A stretch of 60,989 nucleotides of DNA, filler included, from Stramenopiles sp. TOSAG23-2 (Eukaryota), in assembly GCA_900128395.1 (NCBI GenBank). It is 4 parts of 4 records of this genome, joined end to end, with 100 filler letters (N's around TTAATTAATTAA, not from the genome) between each part and the next. Parts side by side here need not be neighbours in the genome. Positions count along the whole stretch, not along the records: positions 1 to 15,207 come from LT649721.1; 3 more parts are not named here. One strand, given 5' to 3'. Every line of letters starts with the position of its first letter. The first letter of the stretch is position 1. Shown here one piece after another: positions 1 through 11,016 of this stretch. The notes under the pieces were generated by a model. That model was not told the DNA's origin, ran no database searches, and saw only the letters and a program-made list of their open reading frames with translations. Position numbers and translations under genes: made by a program.

Positions 1-215
1 ACGTTAGGGTATGGAAAATACCAAAAAAAGCTCCATATAGCGAGTACACAGCATGGTATAATGGCACATAAGATAGTTCAACAGCTTTAATACAATACGA
101 TTTTTTTCTTTATAATTTTATTTTACTACACCCGTAAGTACAAAGTGATAGGAAACATGGAAAAACTGCCAAATGGCACAGTATCACAACTCTGTATAGG
201 TGCAATTTTCCACCA

Positions 216-255
216 GGCGGGCTGGGCGGGCTGGGCGGGCTGGGCGGGCAGGGGG
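216..255. repeat. GC-rich 9-bp tandem repeat (GGGCGGGCT)x~4 with G-quadruplex potential
   Basis: Sequence ggcgggctgggcgggctgggcgggctgggcgggcaggggg in otherwise very AT-rich DNA. Confidence 0.9.
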
Positions 256-1670
256 TATTCCTATAGTAGTCTAGCTATTCGATTTTGCTGATAAAAGATA
301 AAAGATAAAAGTGAGTCCGATTTTTAACCTTAAAATATAGAAGGTGAATAGCATTACGTCATTTAGGGCGTAATAGCACTACGAAGGTACATTAAAAATA
401 TCGATATAGTAAGGCTTATACTTGGTAGATTACATAATATTTAAGGATATTCGATTCCATCCCAAAGACCATAAAAATGATAATATAGAACCAATGTGAA
501 AATGAATGACCAAAGACAAATGAGAGAATCGAGTAATAAAATCTATTTATAATCTATGTTTATTTGGGAAAATTATAAAAATTATTAAGATTACACAGTA
601 CAGGTAGAGATCGAGTAAGAAAGCCTTAACGTATTCTCCCCCCTTTTTTTACGGTTAATCCTATTGGGAAATTTTTATTAATTATTTATAAGTAGTTGTA
701 CATGTGTGTGTGATGAACAATATTTTAATGATATAAATAACACTACACAGAATTGAAAAAAGTTCAAACAACATCTCTCCAATATACCTTAATAAATCCA
801 CCGACAACTCTCGTCTTCCCAATTCTACCAATAGGTTAAACTTAAACACAAAAAAACACTTCGTTTTTTTCGCGTGCTATAACCATCATAAATCTTTTAC
901 TGGATCTAAATTGAATTTCATCCTAATAAAACCTATTAGTATGGGAATATCATATGTTTAATTTTTTAAAACCAAGAGTGCGATTGGAGAGAAGTTTGAT
1001 GCTATTTTCATGCTATTTTACATAACATCCAAACTCAGTCACCATCAGTTTGTATATCTTGTGTGCCATTTTCTGCGATTGTATCAAAATGGATATTCAA
1101 TAAACATATACATTATAAATTCTATAATATAATTATACTTCTTACTATACTACATAACACACATCATCATAATATTAAATTATACCATTCTTCTGCTATT
1201 TAGAGTATATAGGAGTACCTATTAACTATTAACATTATTTGATAGCAAATAATTATACTATTCTTACGATTTATTCTCGAATAATTTCAATAATGGATAA
1301 ACAGTTCAAATATTTAATGTATTCTGGTGTAAAATTTGCAAAAAAAACACAAAAAAACTCTAGTAAAAAGATAATTGAACGTAAGCAATGCGTGCAAACC
1401 GTCTAAATATACAGGAATACATTTCAATAATAATAATATTACCATCCTCGCCTTCCTTCCCGTCGTAGGAATTTATTATATATAATAATTTGAAGAATTA
1501 CAGGTATAAGAAATTCTTAATACCTAAGATTCAAATAAATATATAAAAAAGTTAATTATTTTTTTTATAATTAACTGTGTAAATTTTGTATATTATATAT
1601 AAGTTAGTTCCGGTTTATTCAGAATATAAATTAAAATAATAAATATAGACAAAGGATATACGGTATAAAT

Positions 1671-4600
1671 ATGGTGAAAAAAAGACGATTGAATGAATCA
1701 AATTTACCTGCTAAAAAAAGAGCTTTAATTAGTAGGAGGGATTCAGATGATTTCGGTTCAACAAATGATGATGATAACAATAATAATGATAATAATAGTA
1801 ACAATAACTCCAATAGCGATAGTCCACCAAATGGGCGAGCATTGATTTCACAACGTGTCTCCGTATTATGGGATGATGATGGGAAATGGTATAGCGGTAT
1901 TATTACAGATTTTCGCAACGCTCATGGTAAGCGGGAACATCAAATTGTATATGATGTTGATAATGGCGCTGTGATGCGCTCTGTACCACAAGCGCAAGGA
2001 CTTTTAGCCAACGGGACTACAACCCACGAATGGCTAGTTTTTGAACCCGAAGCAAACTCGAAAGAACCAAAAATAACGTGGAGATTAATCCAAGACGATT
2101 CAGTTTCTGATAATGGCAACAAAGATAATGCCAGCAGTAGAGGTGGAAGAAAAGGTCCTGGGCCAAATGCAAAAGGGTCCAGTGAACCACCACCTAATAG
2201 TAGTGATGGTACAAATGCAAATAGTAGATTAGGAAATATGAATAATAATATGGATAATAATAATATGGATAATAATAATAATAATAATAATATGGATAAT
2301 AATAATGATAAGGATAACAATAATAATAGTAATAATAGCGGCAGTATGAATAGATCTGGCATTGATGAAAGTAGCAGCAGCATCAGTAGCTTAAATTCTT
2401 CGCAAGTTGATGGAAAACCTCGTCTACTTAGTAAAGGACTAATTGGGGCGGGTCTGCAAGATTTCGACGACACATTTATGGATGTAGATAATAGCTTCAC
2501 TGCCTTAGAGGATATGGGAGGAAATGATAATGAATTTGCAAGCCTAATTGATGAAATTGAAGGGGGTAAGCCCACAAGTACGAATAAGAACAATCTAAGT
2601 GGTAGCAGTGCTATGGGACAACGGCAAACATCAAGGCGCGATTTAGATAATGGTGGAAATGGTACAGAGCAATGGGGAAGTTTATTTTTACCTTTTGATG
2701 TTCAGCAAGATGAGGAAGAGAATAGCATGCCTGATGCGGCTGGATTTGGTGGTAGTTTTAACCATATTTTTGAAGACAATTATAGTAATTCAGACAAAGA
2801 TGATGAAGATGATAATGATAGTGAGGAATATGATGAGTTTGAATCAACAGCAGCGAATGCTGCACAAAGCAACAAAGGGAATTTGGATTGGAGAGATGCC
2901 CAAGCCAGTAAAGGCAAAGGGAACGATTCAAAAAATAAACGAAAATCAAAAAAAGGCAGTTATGGATCAAGTAATGATAAATCTTCATCATCTACTTCTA
3001 GTGGCACAGGAACCACTTCAAACAACAGCAGCAGCAGCAGTAATAATAATAACGATAATAATAGTAGTAGTAGCGTACCCACGTCAACTGGAAGTAGTGG
3101 TAGACCATCGAAAAAAGCACGATCAACGCCAAAAGAACCAGATCATTTCACCTTGACCAGTAAAGAAATGAGTATTTTATGGTTAAAAGAACATGGTTTG
3201 AAAAAGCCTATTGTCGTAACCGATGCAAAAGGTCTTGATTTTAAACTTCCTGATCCAAATATGTCGGTATCAGAATTTTGTAAAAAGCTTGGAAGCAATA
3301 TTATGATGTCCAGCTTGCGTGTAAAGGCACAAAGCGAGATTACAGTCAAAATGGAAGATTGGGCACAACATTTTGCTATAAAGAACAGACCGAAGAATGA
3401 CCCATCCGAGTTAAGGGTCCCAACTTTAGTAATAGGTGATAGCGAGCTCGGAGAGGACGTTGATATACCAAATGTTTTAAAAGCCTTTGATTGGATGTAT
3501 ATGTGTTTAAAAATAGGAAATGATCAAGTCAATGAAGAATGCGATGGAATTATGAATATTGGTGAGACACCTGGATTAAATAAAAACTGGGATGCTAGAA
3601 GACATGTAATATCTGCAAATAAAGACAAACCAGAGACGTATATGGAAAATCTGAATTTATTAAAAGGTGAAGGAGATGACAACGATATCTTTAGTAGTAG
3701 TAGTAGTAGTAGTACGACAATTACCACCACCACAACAACTACGACTACTACTACAACTGAAATAGACAATAATTTAATTGGTAGCATGTTAGTAAATCCA
3801 GGGATTGATAGCGAGAAAAACACTACAACAGATAATGTAAAACAAACAAATAGTATAGATCTATTAAAAATAGATACTGGAAGTAGTAATCTCTCGTGGA
3901 TTTCAGGAAAAAATACAACGCCAACTTCATCAACTGATGCCTTAAACAATAATGCAAAACTGGCAAAGAACGCTGCTGGAAATAAGAAAAAACCCGAACT
4001 TGGTAATGGCGAAGGTGATGAAAATGGACCTGGAAAACCTGAACTAATCTTTCCATATAAGCCAACCATTTTGTGCCAAATGCGTACTGAAGGTACGTAT
4101 AGCGATTTTCACATAGAGGACAAAGGCGGTGCGGCATGGTATTATGCTCATCAAGGCGAGACGTGGATATATTTCATACCTCCATCCAGAGAAAATTTGA
4201 AAAAATATGAAGGTTGGTTTACATCTGAGAATCAAACAGAAGTTTTCTTTGGTGATTTAGTATCCGATTGCTTTAAACTGAAACTGGATAAAGGCAATTT
4301 AGTGATTATACCAAGTGGATGGATACATGCGATGTACGCGCGTACAAATTCCATATTGATCGGTGGCAATTTTGCAAATACGTTGAGCTTAACAACGCAA
4401 TTAAGAGTCCATGCAATTGAAACATCGTGTGGACTGTCACCACCTAATTTTAAAAATATTTTTTGGTACATAGGATTATATTACAAAACAGCTTTAGGTG
4501 AATGTGCAATTCGTAAGCGTCAATTTAGGCGTAGGCGAGGACAAATCGAGCGGGAAGGAACAAAATTAAGTAAGATTAAAGACTTGCGCGCGAAATTGAA

Positions 4601-6860
4601 ATTAGACCATACAGTAAAATTAAAGCGGGCACGTGTAGTAGCGGAGCAAAAGACTAAAATATTAATTGGTATGGGCGGAAAACCATCCGAGCCAAAACCA
4701 TTACCACCATTAGGAAAAGGCAAAGGGAAAGGTCGTGGGGCGAAAGGTAAAGGAAAAGGGGCAAAAGGAAAGAAAGGCGCTGTAAAAGGTGGAACAGAAA
4801 TCGTAGAACCTGAAATACCCAAACCAATTCTTCCACCAAAAATCTTAACGCCGTTGGAAAAAGCACTGAAAGAAGCGGATGATGCAATCGCTCACAGAGA
4901 TAGTTTACAACGTGAGATTGATGATGCGGAAGAGCAACATAAAACGGCTATGGAAAGGGAAACCGAATTAAAGAAGAAGCAAGCAGTTGAATTGCAAGAG
5001 ATGCAACGTGGGCAGTTGTCTATCAATGAATTGCGGGAATTGATGAAGATGGAGCAATATTTACGTGATACGATGGGCCCAGAGCATGCGTGGAAAGTTA
5101 TTCATCCTCCTCCACAACCAACACCCGAGGATGACCAGTTAAGTGCAGCAAATGCATCAAAATTAAAAAGTGATATACGCCGTGCAAATGAGGCAAGAGC
5201 TGCTGGTATTGCTGCTGGAACAGACGGAATGGAAGGCATACATGCTGGCGAAAGTGATACTACCTTTATAAAATTTCATCACAGGCCACTTCCAAAAGAA
5301 GTTAGACTAGATAAATACAACGACGCGATACCATCGGTAATCAAAAACCCATTGCTATTGCTAGATGAACTCGATCGATTGTTTTGGTTCCAACGTGCTC
5401 ATGCATGTGCAAAAGGTGGTATTCCATGTTATGCAGAAGATTTTGCTGAATTAGATGATGATGACGCAATTGCAAAAAAATATGATCCTAAAAATCCCAA
5501 ATATTCGTTCCTTTGGGATAAACTTGGTCGCCCACCAGGCATCGGTAAGCGTGGTGTTGATATGAAAAATTTATGTAAATGCCATTTGAAAAAATGCTTA
5601 GTCTGCCGAAACTGCGAGAAACGCCATTGTTGGTGTCCAGGCGGGCCATTGGATCCACATGCACCACCAGTGCCTAAGAAAAAGCCGAAACCAAAGAAAA
5701 AACCACCGCCAGTGGTTAAACCTCCACCTGCACCAAAACCACTAAGAAAAGGCCCTGTTCTAATAAAAACACCAAAACCAAAATTGACAACAGAGCAAGA
5801 GCAAGCATTGGTGAGAATGAAATGGAGACGTAGATTGGCGTTGGATACTGTTAAAGGTACAGCCGCTGCGAAAGAAGCAGAGGATATGGCTAAATGGGTT
5901 AAAGATGAGGATGGTAATATGCGATTTGAAGGGCTTGAGGGCGCTGCGTTGGCACCAGTTGTAATGCCACCTATTATTGCTAGTAGTAGTAGTTCTAATT
6001 CTACAAAAAATGTTGCAAAACACACATCTAAAGCAGTAAAAGCAGCAAAAAAAACTTCAAAAAGCAAAATTCATTTAAATTCTCTTTCTGCATCCGATTT
6101 AAAGAAAATTGCACATCGTGCGTCTTGTCATCGCTGTGGTAATTTGCGTAAAAAAACAATGAAATGCGATCGATGTCCACACGTATTTTGTCAAAAATGT
6201 GGCGAAAAGATGATTGAAGAGCATGGAGACAAGACATTTAAAGATGGCTGCCCAGTTTGTAATGAACTTTGTTGTTGTGGTGTAAATCGTAGTGTCAATT
6301 GTGTCAGAAAATTCCATTGTTACAAAAAATGTCCTGCAATGAAAAAATTAGGACGCCGCGGTGCGAAAGCCGGTGCAAAAGCCGGTGCAAAAGCCGGTGC
6401 GAAAGCCGGTGCGAAAGGCGATAAAAGCGGCTCTAAAGATTCAAATGACGCAAAGAAAAAGCAAACGGACGTAAAAGGTAGCTCTAAAGGTGCAAATGAC
6501 GGTAAGAAAAAACAGTCGGATTTAGAAAAATTGAAAAAAGCTATTGCTGAGGAAGATAGAAGAAAAGCTGCGGAAGCGGAAGCAAAAGCAAAAGCAAAAG
6601 CAGCTGCTGCAAGAGAAGCTGTTATAAGAAGAGAAGCTGTTATAAGAAGAGAAGCTGTTATAAGAAGAGAAGCTATTGCGAAAGAAGCAGCCGATAAAGA
6701 AGCTGCCGATAAAGAAGCGGCCGATAAAGAAGCAGCCGATAAAGAAGCTGCCGATAAAGAAGCGGCCGATAAAGAAGCAGCCGATAAAGAAGCTCTCTCT
6801 TCAACAACAACAAAGAACGATGCTACTAAAGCAACCCCAGTTCCTACAGTTTCAAGTTGA
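1671..6860 (+). CDS. JmjC-domain chromatin protein (KDM2/KDM7-like) with N-terminal Tudor-like segment and C-terminal Cys-rich zf-4CXXC_R1/RING-like finger
   Basis: 1729-aa ORF. GLKKPIVV..GL..KLP; YSDFHIEDKGGAAWY and IIPSGWIHAMY...LIGGNF (JmjC HxE..H); RVSVLWDDDGKWYSGIITDF (Tudor-like); SCHRCGNLRKK..C..C..FC..C..CPVC..CCC. Confidence 0.85.
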   Translation: MVKKRRLNESNLPAKKRALISRRDSDDFGSTNDDDNNNNDNNSNNNSNSDSPPNGRALISQRVSVLWDDDGKWYSGIITDFRNAHGKREHQIVYDVDNGAVMRSVPQAQGLLANGTTTHEWLVFEPEANSKEPKITWRLIQDDSVSDNGNKDNASSRGGRKGPGPNAKGSSEPPPNSSDGTNANSRLGNMNNNMDNNNMDNNNNNNNMDNNNDKDNNNNSNNSGSMNRSGIDESSSSISSLNSSQVDGKPRLLSKGLIGAGLQDFDDTFMDVDNSFTALEDMGGNDNEFASLIDEIEGGKPTSTNKNNLSGSSAMGQRQTSRRDLDNGGNGTEQWGSLFLPFDVQQDEEENSMPDAAGFGGSFNHIFEDNYSNSDKDDEDDNDSEEYDEFESTAANAAQSNKGNLDWRDAQASKGKGNDSKNKRKSKKGSYGSSNDKSSSSTSSGTGTTSNNSSSSSNNNNDNNSSSSVPTSTGSSGRPSKKARSTPKEPDHFTLTSKEMSILWLKEHGLKKPIVVTDAKGLDFKLPDPNMSVSEFCKKLGSNIMMSSLRVKAQSEITVKMEDWAQHFAIKNRPKNDPSELRVPTLVIGDSELGEDVDIPNVLKAFDWMYMCLKIGNDQVNEECDGIMNIGETPGLNKNWDARRHVISANKDKPETYMENLNLLKGEGDDNDIFSSSSSSSTTITTTTTTTTTTTTEIDNNLIGSMLVNPGIDSEKNTTTDNVKQTNSIDLLKIDTGSSNLSWISGKNTTPTSSTDALNNNAKLAKNAAGNKKKPELGNGEGDENGPGKPELIFPYKPTILCQMRTEGTYSDFHIEDKGGAAWYYAHQGETWIYFIPPSRENLKKYEGWFTSENQTEVFFGDLVSDCFKLKLDKGNLVIIPSGWIHAMYARTNSILIGGNFANTLSLTTQLRVHAIETSCGLSPPNFKNIFWYIGLYYKTALGECAIRKRQFRRRRGQIEREGTKLSKIKDLRAKLKLDHTVKLKRARVVAEQKTKILIGMGGKPSEPKPLPPLGKGKGKGRGAKGKGKGAKGKKGAVKGGTEIVEPEIPKPILPPKILTPLEKALKEADDAIAHRDSLQREIDDAEEQHKTAMERETELKKKQAVELQEMQRGQLSINELRELMKMEQYLRDTMGPEHAWKVIHPPPQPTPEDDQLSAANASKLKSDIRRANEARAAGIAAGTDGMEGIHAGESDTTFIKFHHRPLPKEVRLDKYNDAIPSVIKNPLLLLDELDRLFWFQRAHACAKGGIPCYAEDFAELDDDDAIAKKYDPKNPKYSFLWDKLGRPPGIGKRGVDMKNLCKCHLKKCLVCRNCEKRHCWCPGGPLDPHAPPVPKKKPKPKKKPPPVVKPPPAPKPLRKGPVLIKTPKPKLTTEQEQALVRMKWRRRLALDTVKGTAAAKEAEDMAKWVKDEDGNMRFEGLEGAALAPVVMPPIIASSSSSNSTKNVAKHTSKAVKAAKKTSKSKIHLNSLSASDLKKIAHRASCHRCGNLRKKTMKCDRCPHVFCQKCGEKMIEEHGDKTFKDGCPVCNELCCCGVNRSVNCVRKFHCYKKCPAMKKLGRRGAKAGAKAGAKAGAKAGAKGDKSGSKDSNDAKKKQTDVKGSSKGANDGKKKQSDLEKLKKAIAEEDRRKAAEAEAKAKAKAAAAREAVIRREAVIRREAVIRREAIAKEAADKEAADKEAADKEAADKEAADKEAADKEAADKEALSSTTTKNDATKATPVPTVSS
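6612..6793 (+). repeat. Coding minisatellites: 18-bp REAVIR x3 and 15-bp ADKEA x7
   Basis: agagaagctgttataaga and gccgataaagaagc(a/t/g) tandem units at the end of the JmjC ORF. Confidence 0.9.
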
Positions 6861-7211
6861 ACTAAATGAGGGCGTACGATCGTACATTATCACAATAATA
6901 CATGTAATGATTACAAAGCTTCGTATACTACGCTTAAATACGGCCGCGGATTAAAAAAACATTTTTGTAAAAACGTACGAGTATTATTTTATGTGTGTGT
7001 GGTGCGCGTGTGTTTAAATGTTTTAAATATATATATATAAAATTTAAAAAAAAATGTATGATGCATACACTCCGTATTTTTTGAAAAATTATAAAATCTT
7101 TGATTATGCATATTTTTTCTCTTGTGCCTACGCCGATAAAGAAGCTCTCTCTTCAACAACAACAAAGAACGATGCTACTAAAGCAACCCCAGTTCCTACA
7201 GTTTCAAGTTG
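6780..7211. repeat. 80-bp exact direct repeat (6780-6859 and 7132-7211) forming the C-termini of two convergent genes
   Basis: gccgataaagaagctctctcttcaacaac...cagtttcaagttg occurs twice, 352 bp apart. Confidence 0.95.
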
Positions 7212-10200
7212 CTCTGCTTCTTCCATCATTTGTTTTTGTTTTAATGATTCGATGAGTTCACGATGCTTTCTTTCCGCATCTTCTTTCTCTTTTGCTATCA
7301 TTGCAGCTTCATATCGTCTTTTTCTCTCTGTTGCATCTAGATAAAATGCATCAGTATCAGCCACATGTTTCATCAATGATTTAATATCATCTGAATTGCA
7401 ATCTTTCAATTGATCATAATTACCAACAATAACTAATAAATCCTTTGCCCTGGTTAAAGATACATTTAACCTTCGCGCATCTGATAAAAAACCAACTGAC
7501 TTTTGTGTACGAACAAAGCTTAATATGATTACATCCGCTTCTGATCCTTGAAATGCATCTACGGTGATTACTAGTCTTCTTGCATCTCCATAACTATATC
7601 CTTTTTTTCTATGTAATTTATTCCGTATTAAATTCACTTGAGCACTATAATATGTTATAACTTTGACTTGAATATTCTTATTTAATTTTTGTATTTCTGA
7701 CATAATTTGAATGACACGTTCTGCTTCTTCTTCATTTTTATGACTGCCAGTATGATCTCTCACTTCTTTTCCTTTGTTGCAATTGAAAAATGTTAAAGGT
7801 TGATATCCATCTGGAAATTTCCAATTTCTTTTTTTATCTACAACAGAATTTGCATTACGTAATAAATTATTGTAATATTGTTTAGATGGCCATTTAGATA
7901 TTTTTGGATGCATGCGATATTGCGTATCTAACATATGATACTTTGCATCTCGTATATCCATTAATCGTGACATAAGACTACGATCAAACTTCTTGCTTAT
8001 TGCATTCTGTGATTGTACAATTGCTGATAATTGCCTCGGGTCACCGACTAAAATGATTTTAGTCGGTCGTAAAGACATTGCAATCAATGTCTCTACTTCC
8101 AACGCTTGAGATGCTTCATCACAAATTAAAATATCAACTTTTCTAGTTTGTCGTATAGAATGCCGACCACAACACGCTAACGTTAAAAATAAAAATTGCG
8201 TTGAGTTTAAAAGAATACCTTCAATATTTTGTTCATCCCCCAAAACATCTTCTAACGTATTTTCCATACTACACATTAAAATATGTACATCTTGTGGCAA
8301 GGAACTGATTTTATAATTTCTCATTGGATTACAGTTCGATTTATCTTTTATAAAATCTTCTAACTTTTTCAAAATAGATTGAAACACATGTACTTGATTA
8401 TCTAATTTTACAATTTGTATACCAATATCAAAGAATTTTTTACCTTTACTAGAGATTTCAAGTACTTTTTGTAATAATTTTTCTTCATCAAGATTCTCTT
8501 GTAATGATATATCTTCCAACTCTTCAGTAAGTTTTTGTAACTGTTGATATTGTTCTCGAAACTTCTTTGATGCATAATGAACAAAAAATTCTTGTAAATT
8601 TTTAGGAATACTTTCATCCACTCCAATTAATGAAATATTTAATTTTGACCGTTCATTCCCTTTAAACTTGTTTACAAATTGTTCCATAGCAACATGAACA
8701 GCTTTATTTGTACTTGCACAAATACCAACACGAAGGCCTGACTTGTACAACTGCTCCAATAAAACACTAATGGTATAGGTTTTCCCTGTTCCTGGTGGAC
8801 CTTGCAGTAGAACTAATGAATTCGCTTTATCTAACCCAAAGTTAACAGCAGAATTTTGAGAGGTATTTAATGTTGCAAAATGCAACTCATCATCATTATC
8901 TTCATCATCTGAATCGTCATCATTATCACTCATGAGAATGAGATTTATAGTCTTACCATTATTATTGCTGTTGTTATTTACAGAGGCTTCTACTTCATTG
9001 TTTCGATTATTATTTTGTTCCTTTTTACCACTTTCTGTTTTTATAAAAACAACTTCTGCTTCATCATCGTCGCTATCGTCAAATTTAGTATGAACACCAT
9101 TCCTCCAGCCTAAAATTTGATTGGTATATTTACCTAAACTTGGAGCATGACGACAAACATCATTCATTCGTTTTAAGTTTAAAACAGATGTTATCGGTTC
9201 AAAATAAACAGGAGTTCCTTGAAAATTGAAGTTTTTATCTTCAAAAAAATAATATGCACATTCACATGATTCAAATGTCAATTTATGCCTTCCATTTCTT
9301 TCATCACCGGAACATGCTGCTAAAAACATTTTATTATTGCAATGTATCAGTACAATACATTGTGCACGTGCTGTATCTTTATACAATCGATCATCATTGT
9401 TTGGTACATGAGTTATCTTGAATATCAAATTTACCTTTGTAGGAATTGTTTTCCTATGATCTTTTAAATTGTTTCCAAAAGAAGAAGATCCACCATTGTT
9501 GTTGTTGTTATTATTATTATGATTACCATACGATGGAAAATATCTTCCTTCAATTGTTTTCCTTTGAAAACGTTTTCGTTGATTGCTTGAATAAAAACGA
9601 TTGTTGTTGTTGTTATTATTATTATTGTTATTGTTTTTTCTTTTATTTCCCCATCTATTTTTATTATTATTATTTCCCCAACCATTATTATTATTATTAT
9701 TATTATTTCCCCATCCAGTCTTGTTATTATTTCCCCATCCATTGTTGTTGTTGTTATTTTTGTTATCGTTGGAAGAATGATGATTATTATCATTATTATT
9801 AACATGAGCACTTCCACCATCATTTCCATCTTCAAAAAAAGGACTTTCCTCAAGTTTTTTTTTGACTAAATAACATGCTTCATGTAAAGTAAAACGTAGA
9901 TGAAGTTTATAATATTCTGAAACACTCAAAAATTGTTCTGGAATCGTTGGACATTGTGGTATTTCAAGTGTTTTTAAATTACAAATGCATGTCCGTCTGT
10001 TCATATATTCCTTATTTTTCGCTACATTTCCACTTAATGCTTTATGACTTGTCAATACATTTGTAATTTCACTAAAAAAGGTACCTCCTTTTTTCACTTT
10101 ATTCCGTTTTGATCTTCCCCCACCATGATGATAATGATTATTATTATTACGATCTGATAAGCGTTTCATGATGACATGAAAATGTAAACCACCATCACCG

Positions 10201-10214
10201 CAACCCTTTACCAT
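7128..10214 (-). CDS. Superfamily 1 UPF1/SEN1-like (DNA2/NAM7) helicase
   Basis: Motifs LLQGPPGTGKT, DEASQA, LVGDPRQL, LDTQYRMHPKI, TVDAFQGSEAD, RRLNVSLTRAK; first ATG at 10214. Confidence 0.92.
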   Translation of the reverse strand: MVKGCGDGGLHFHVIMKRLSDRNNNNHYHHGGGRSKRNKVKKGGTFFSEITNVLTSHKALSGNVAKNKEYMNRRTCICNLKTLEIPQCPTIPEQFLSVSEYYKLHLRFTLHEACYLVKKKLEESPFFEDGNDGGSAHVNNNDNNHHSSNDNKNNNNNNGWGNNNKTGWGNNNNNNNNGWGNNNNKNRWGNKRKNNNNNNNNNNNNRFYSSNQRKRFQRKTIEGRYFPSYGNHNNNNNNNNGGSSSFGNNLKDHRKTIPTKVNLIFKITHVPNNDDRLYKDTARAQCIVLIHCNNKMFLAACSGDERNGRHKLTFESCECAYYFFEDKNFNFQGTPVYFEPITSVLNLKRMNDVCRHAPSLGKYTNQILGWRNGVHTKFDDSDDDEAEVVFIKTESGKKEQNNNRNNEVEASVNNNSNNNGKTINLILMSDNDDDSDDEDNDDELHFATLNTSQNSAVNFGLDKANSLVLLQGPPGTGKTYTISVLLEQLYKSGLRVGICASTNKAVHVAMEQFVNKFKGNERSKLNISLIGVDESIPKNLQEFFVHYASKKFREQYQQLQKLTEELEDISLQENLDEEKLLQKVLEISSKGKKFFDIGIQIVKLDNQVHVFQSILKKLEDFIKDKSNCNPMRNYKISSLPQDVHILMCSMENTLEDVLGDEQNIEGILLNSTQFLFLTLACCGRHSIRQTRKVDILICDEASQALEVETLIAMSLRPTKIILVGDPRQLSAIVQSQNAISKKFDRSLMSRLMDIRDAKYHMLDTQYRMHPKISKWPSKQYYNNLLRNANSVVDKKRNWKFPDGYQPLTFFNCNKGKEVRDHTGSHKNEEEAERVIQIMSEIQKLNKNIQVKVITYYSAQVNLIRNKLHRKKGYSYGDARRLVITVDAFQGSEADVIILSFVRTQKSVGFLSDARRLNVSLTRAKDLLVIVGNYDQLKDCNSDDIKSLMKHVADTDAFYLDATERKRRYEAAMIAKEKEDAERKHRELIESLKQKQMMEEAEQLETVGTGVALVASFFVVVEERASLSA

Positions 10215-11016
10215 TTCTATCCTCCGATCTCGCGAAGAATGTATACAAAGTATTATATTAATTAGCAAAATTCAATTTTAATAATTTATTAATAAATTTT
10301 AATTTTTTTTTTTTTTATTATTTTTTTTTTTTTTGTCGTCGTCGAAACCTGGTTGTTTAAGGTATTTGGGGACCAATCCACAATGTAAATGTACACTCAT
10401 ACAAATGCTATTTCTATGTTGTTTTTGCCATAGCTCGCCCGAAATCCAACGAGCAAGGGGCTGTAGTGGTAGCATATGGTGTCATTGCATCATTTATTTT
10501 TTAAGTCATTTGTCGTCTGTTTTGTGCCTGTACATACAGTACAATACAGTAGCTACTAGTACGTAAGCCTTGTACCTTGTAATCTTGTAATCTGTAATTC
10601 CCCTTAAAATAAAGCTTAAAAATTAAAAAATTAAAAATGGGAAAACAACAGGAAACACACAGAGGAAATAAAACGTTTGATAGGAGGAGATAGGAGCGTA
10701 GAATACAATTTAGCAGTATAGCATATACACAGCATTAAATTAGGTACAGATCTCGCCTCTCTCTAGCGATACGTTACAAAAAAGTTACAACATTTTATAA
10801 ATGCATCTAGGCAAAGCATTTAATATATATTGTGTAGAGAGGAGGGAGTGTGTATAAGAAAGAAATATATTGATATCAACAAAATATAAAAAATAATACC
10901 ACGTCAACTAAATGCTATAATACATACATACGTATACATACATACATATATATATATAGATAGATATAATTAGTACGAACGGGAGAAAAAAAAGTTACAG
11001 GGAAAAAAAAAAAAGC

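Noticed and set aside
760-1110. Possible decayed minus-strand coding fragment (MAHKIYKLMVTEFGC..., LLVELGRRELSVDLLRYIGEML)
   Set aside because: Multiple stops and frame changes, and no family can be assigned without a search
1940-6067. Long antisense ORFs (e.g. 1940-2593, 5429-6067; also 14393-15259, 21749-22423, 59274-59792)
   Set aside because: Shadow frames of low-complexity real genes, with poly-Leu/Tyr/Ile from AAT repeats
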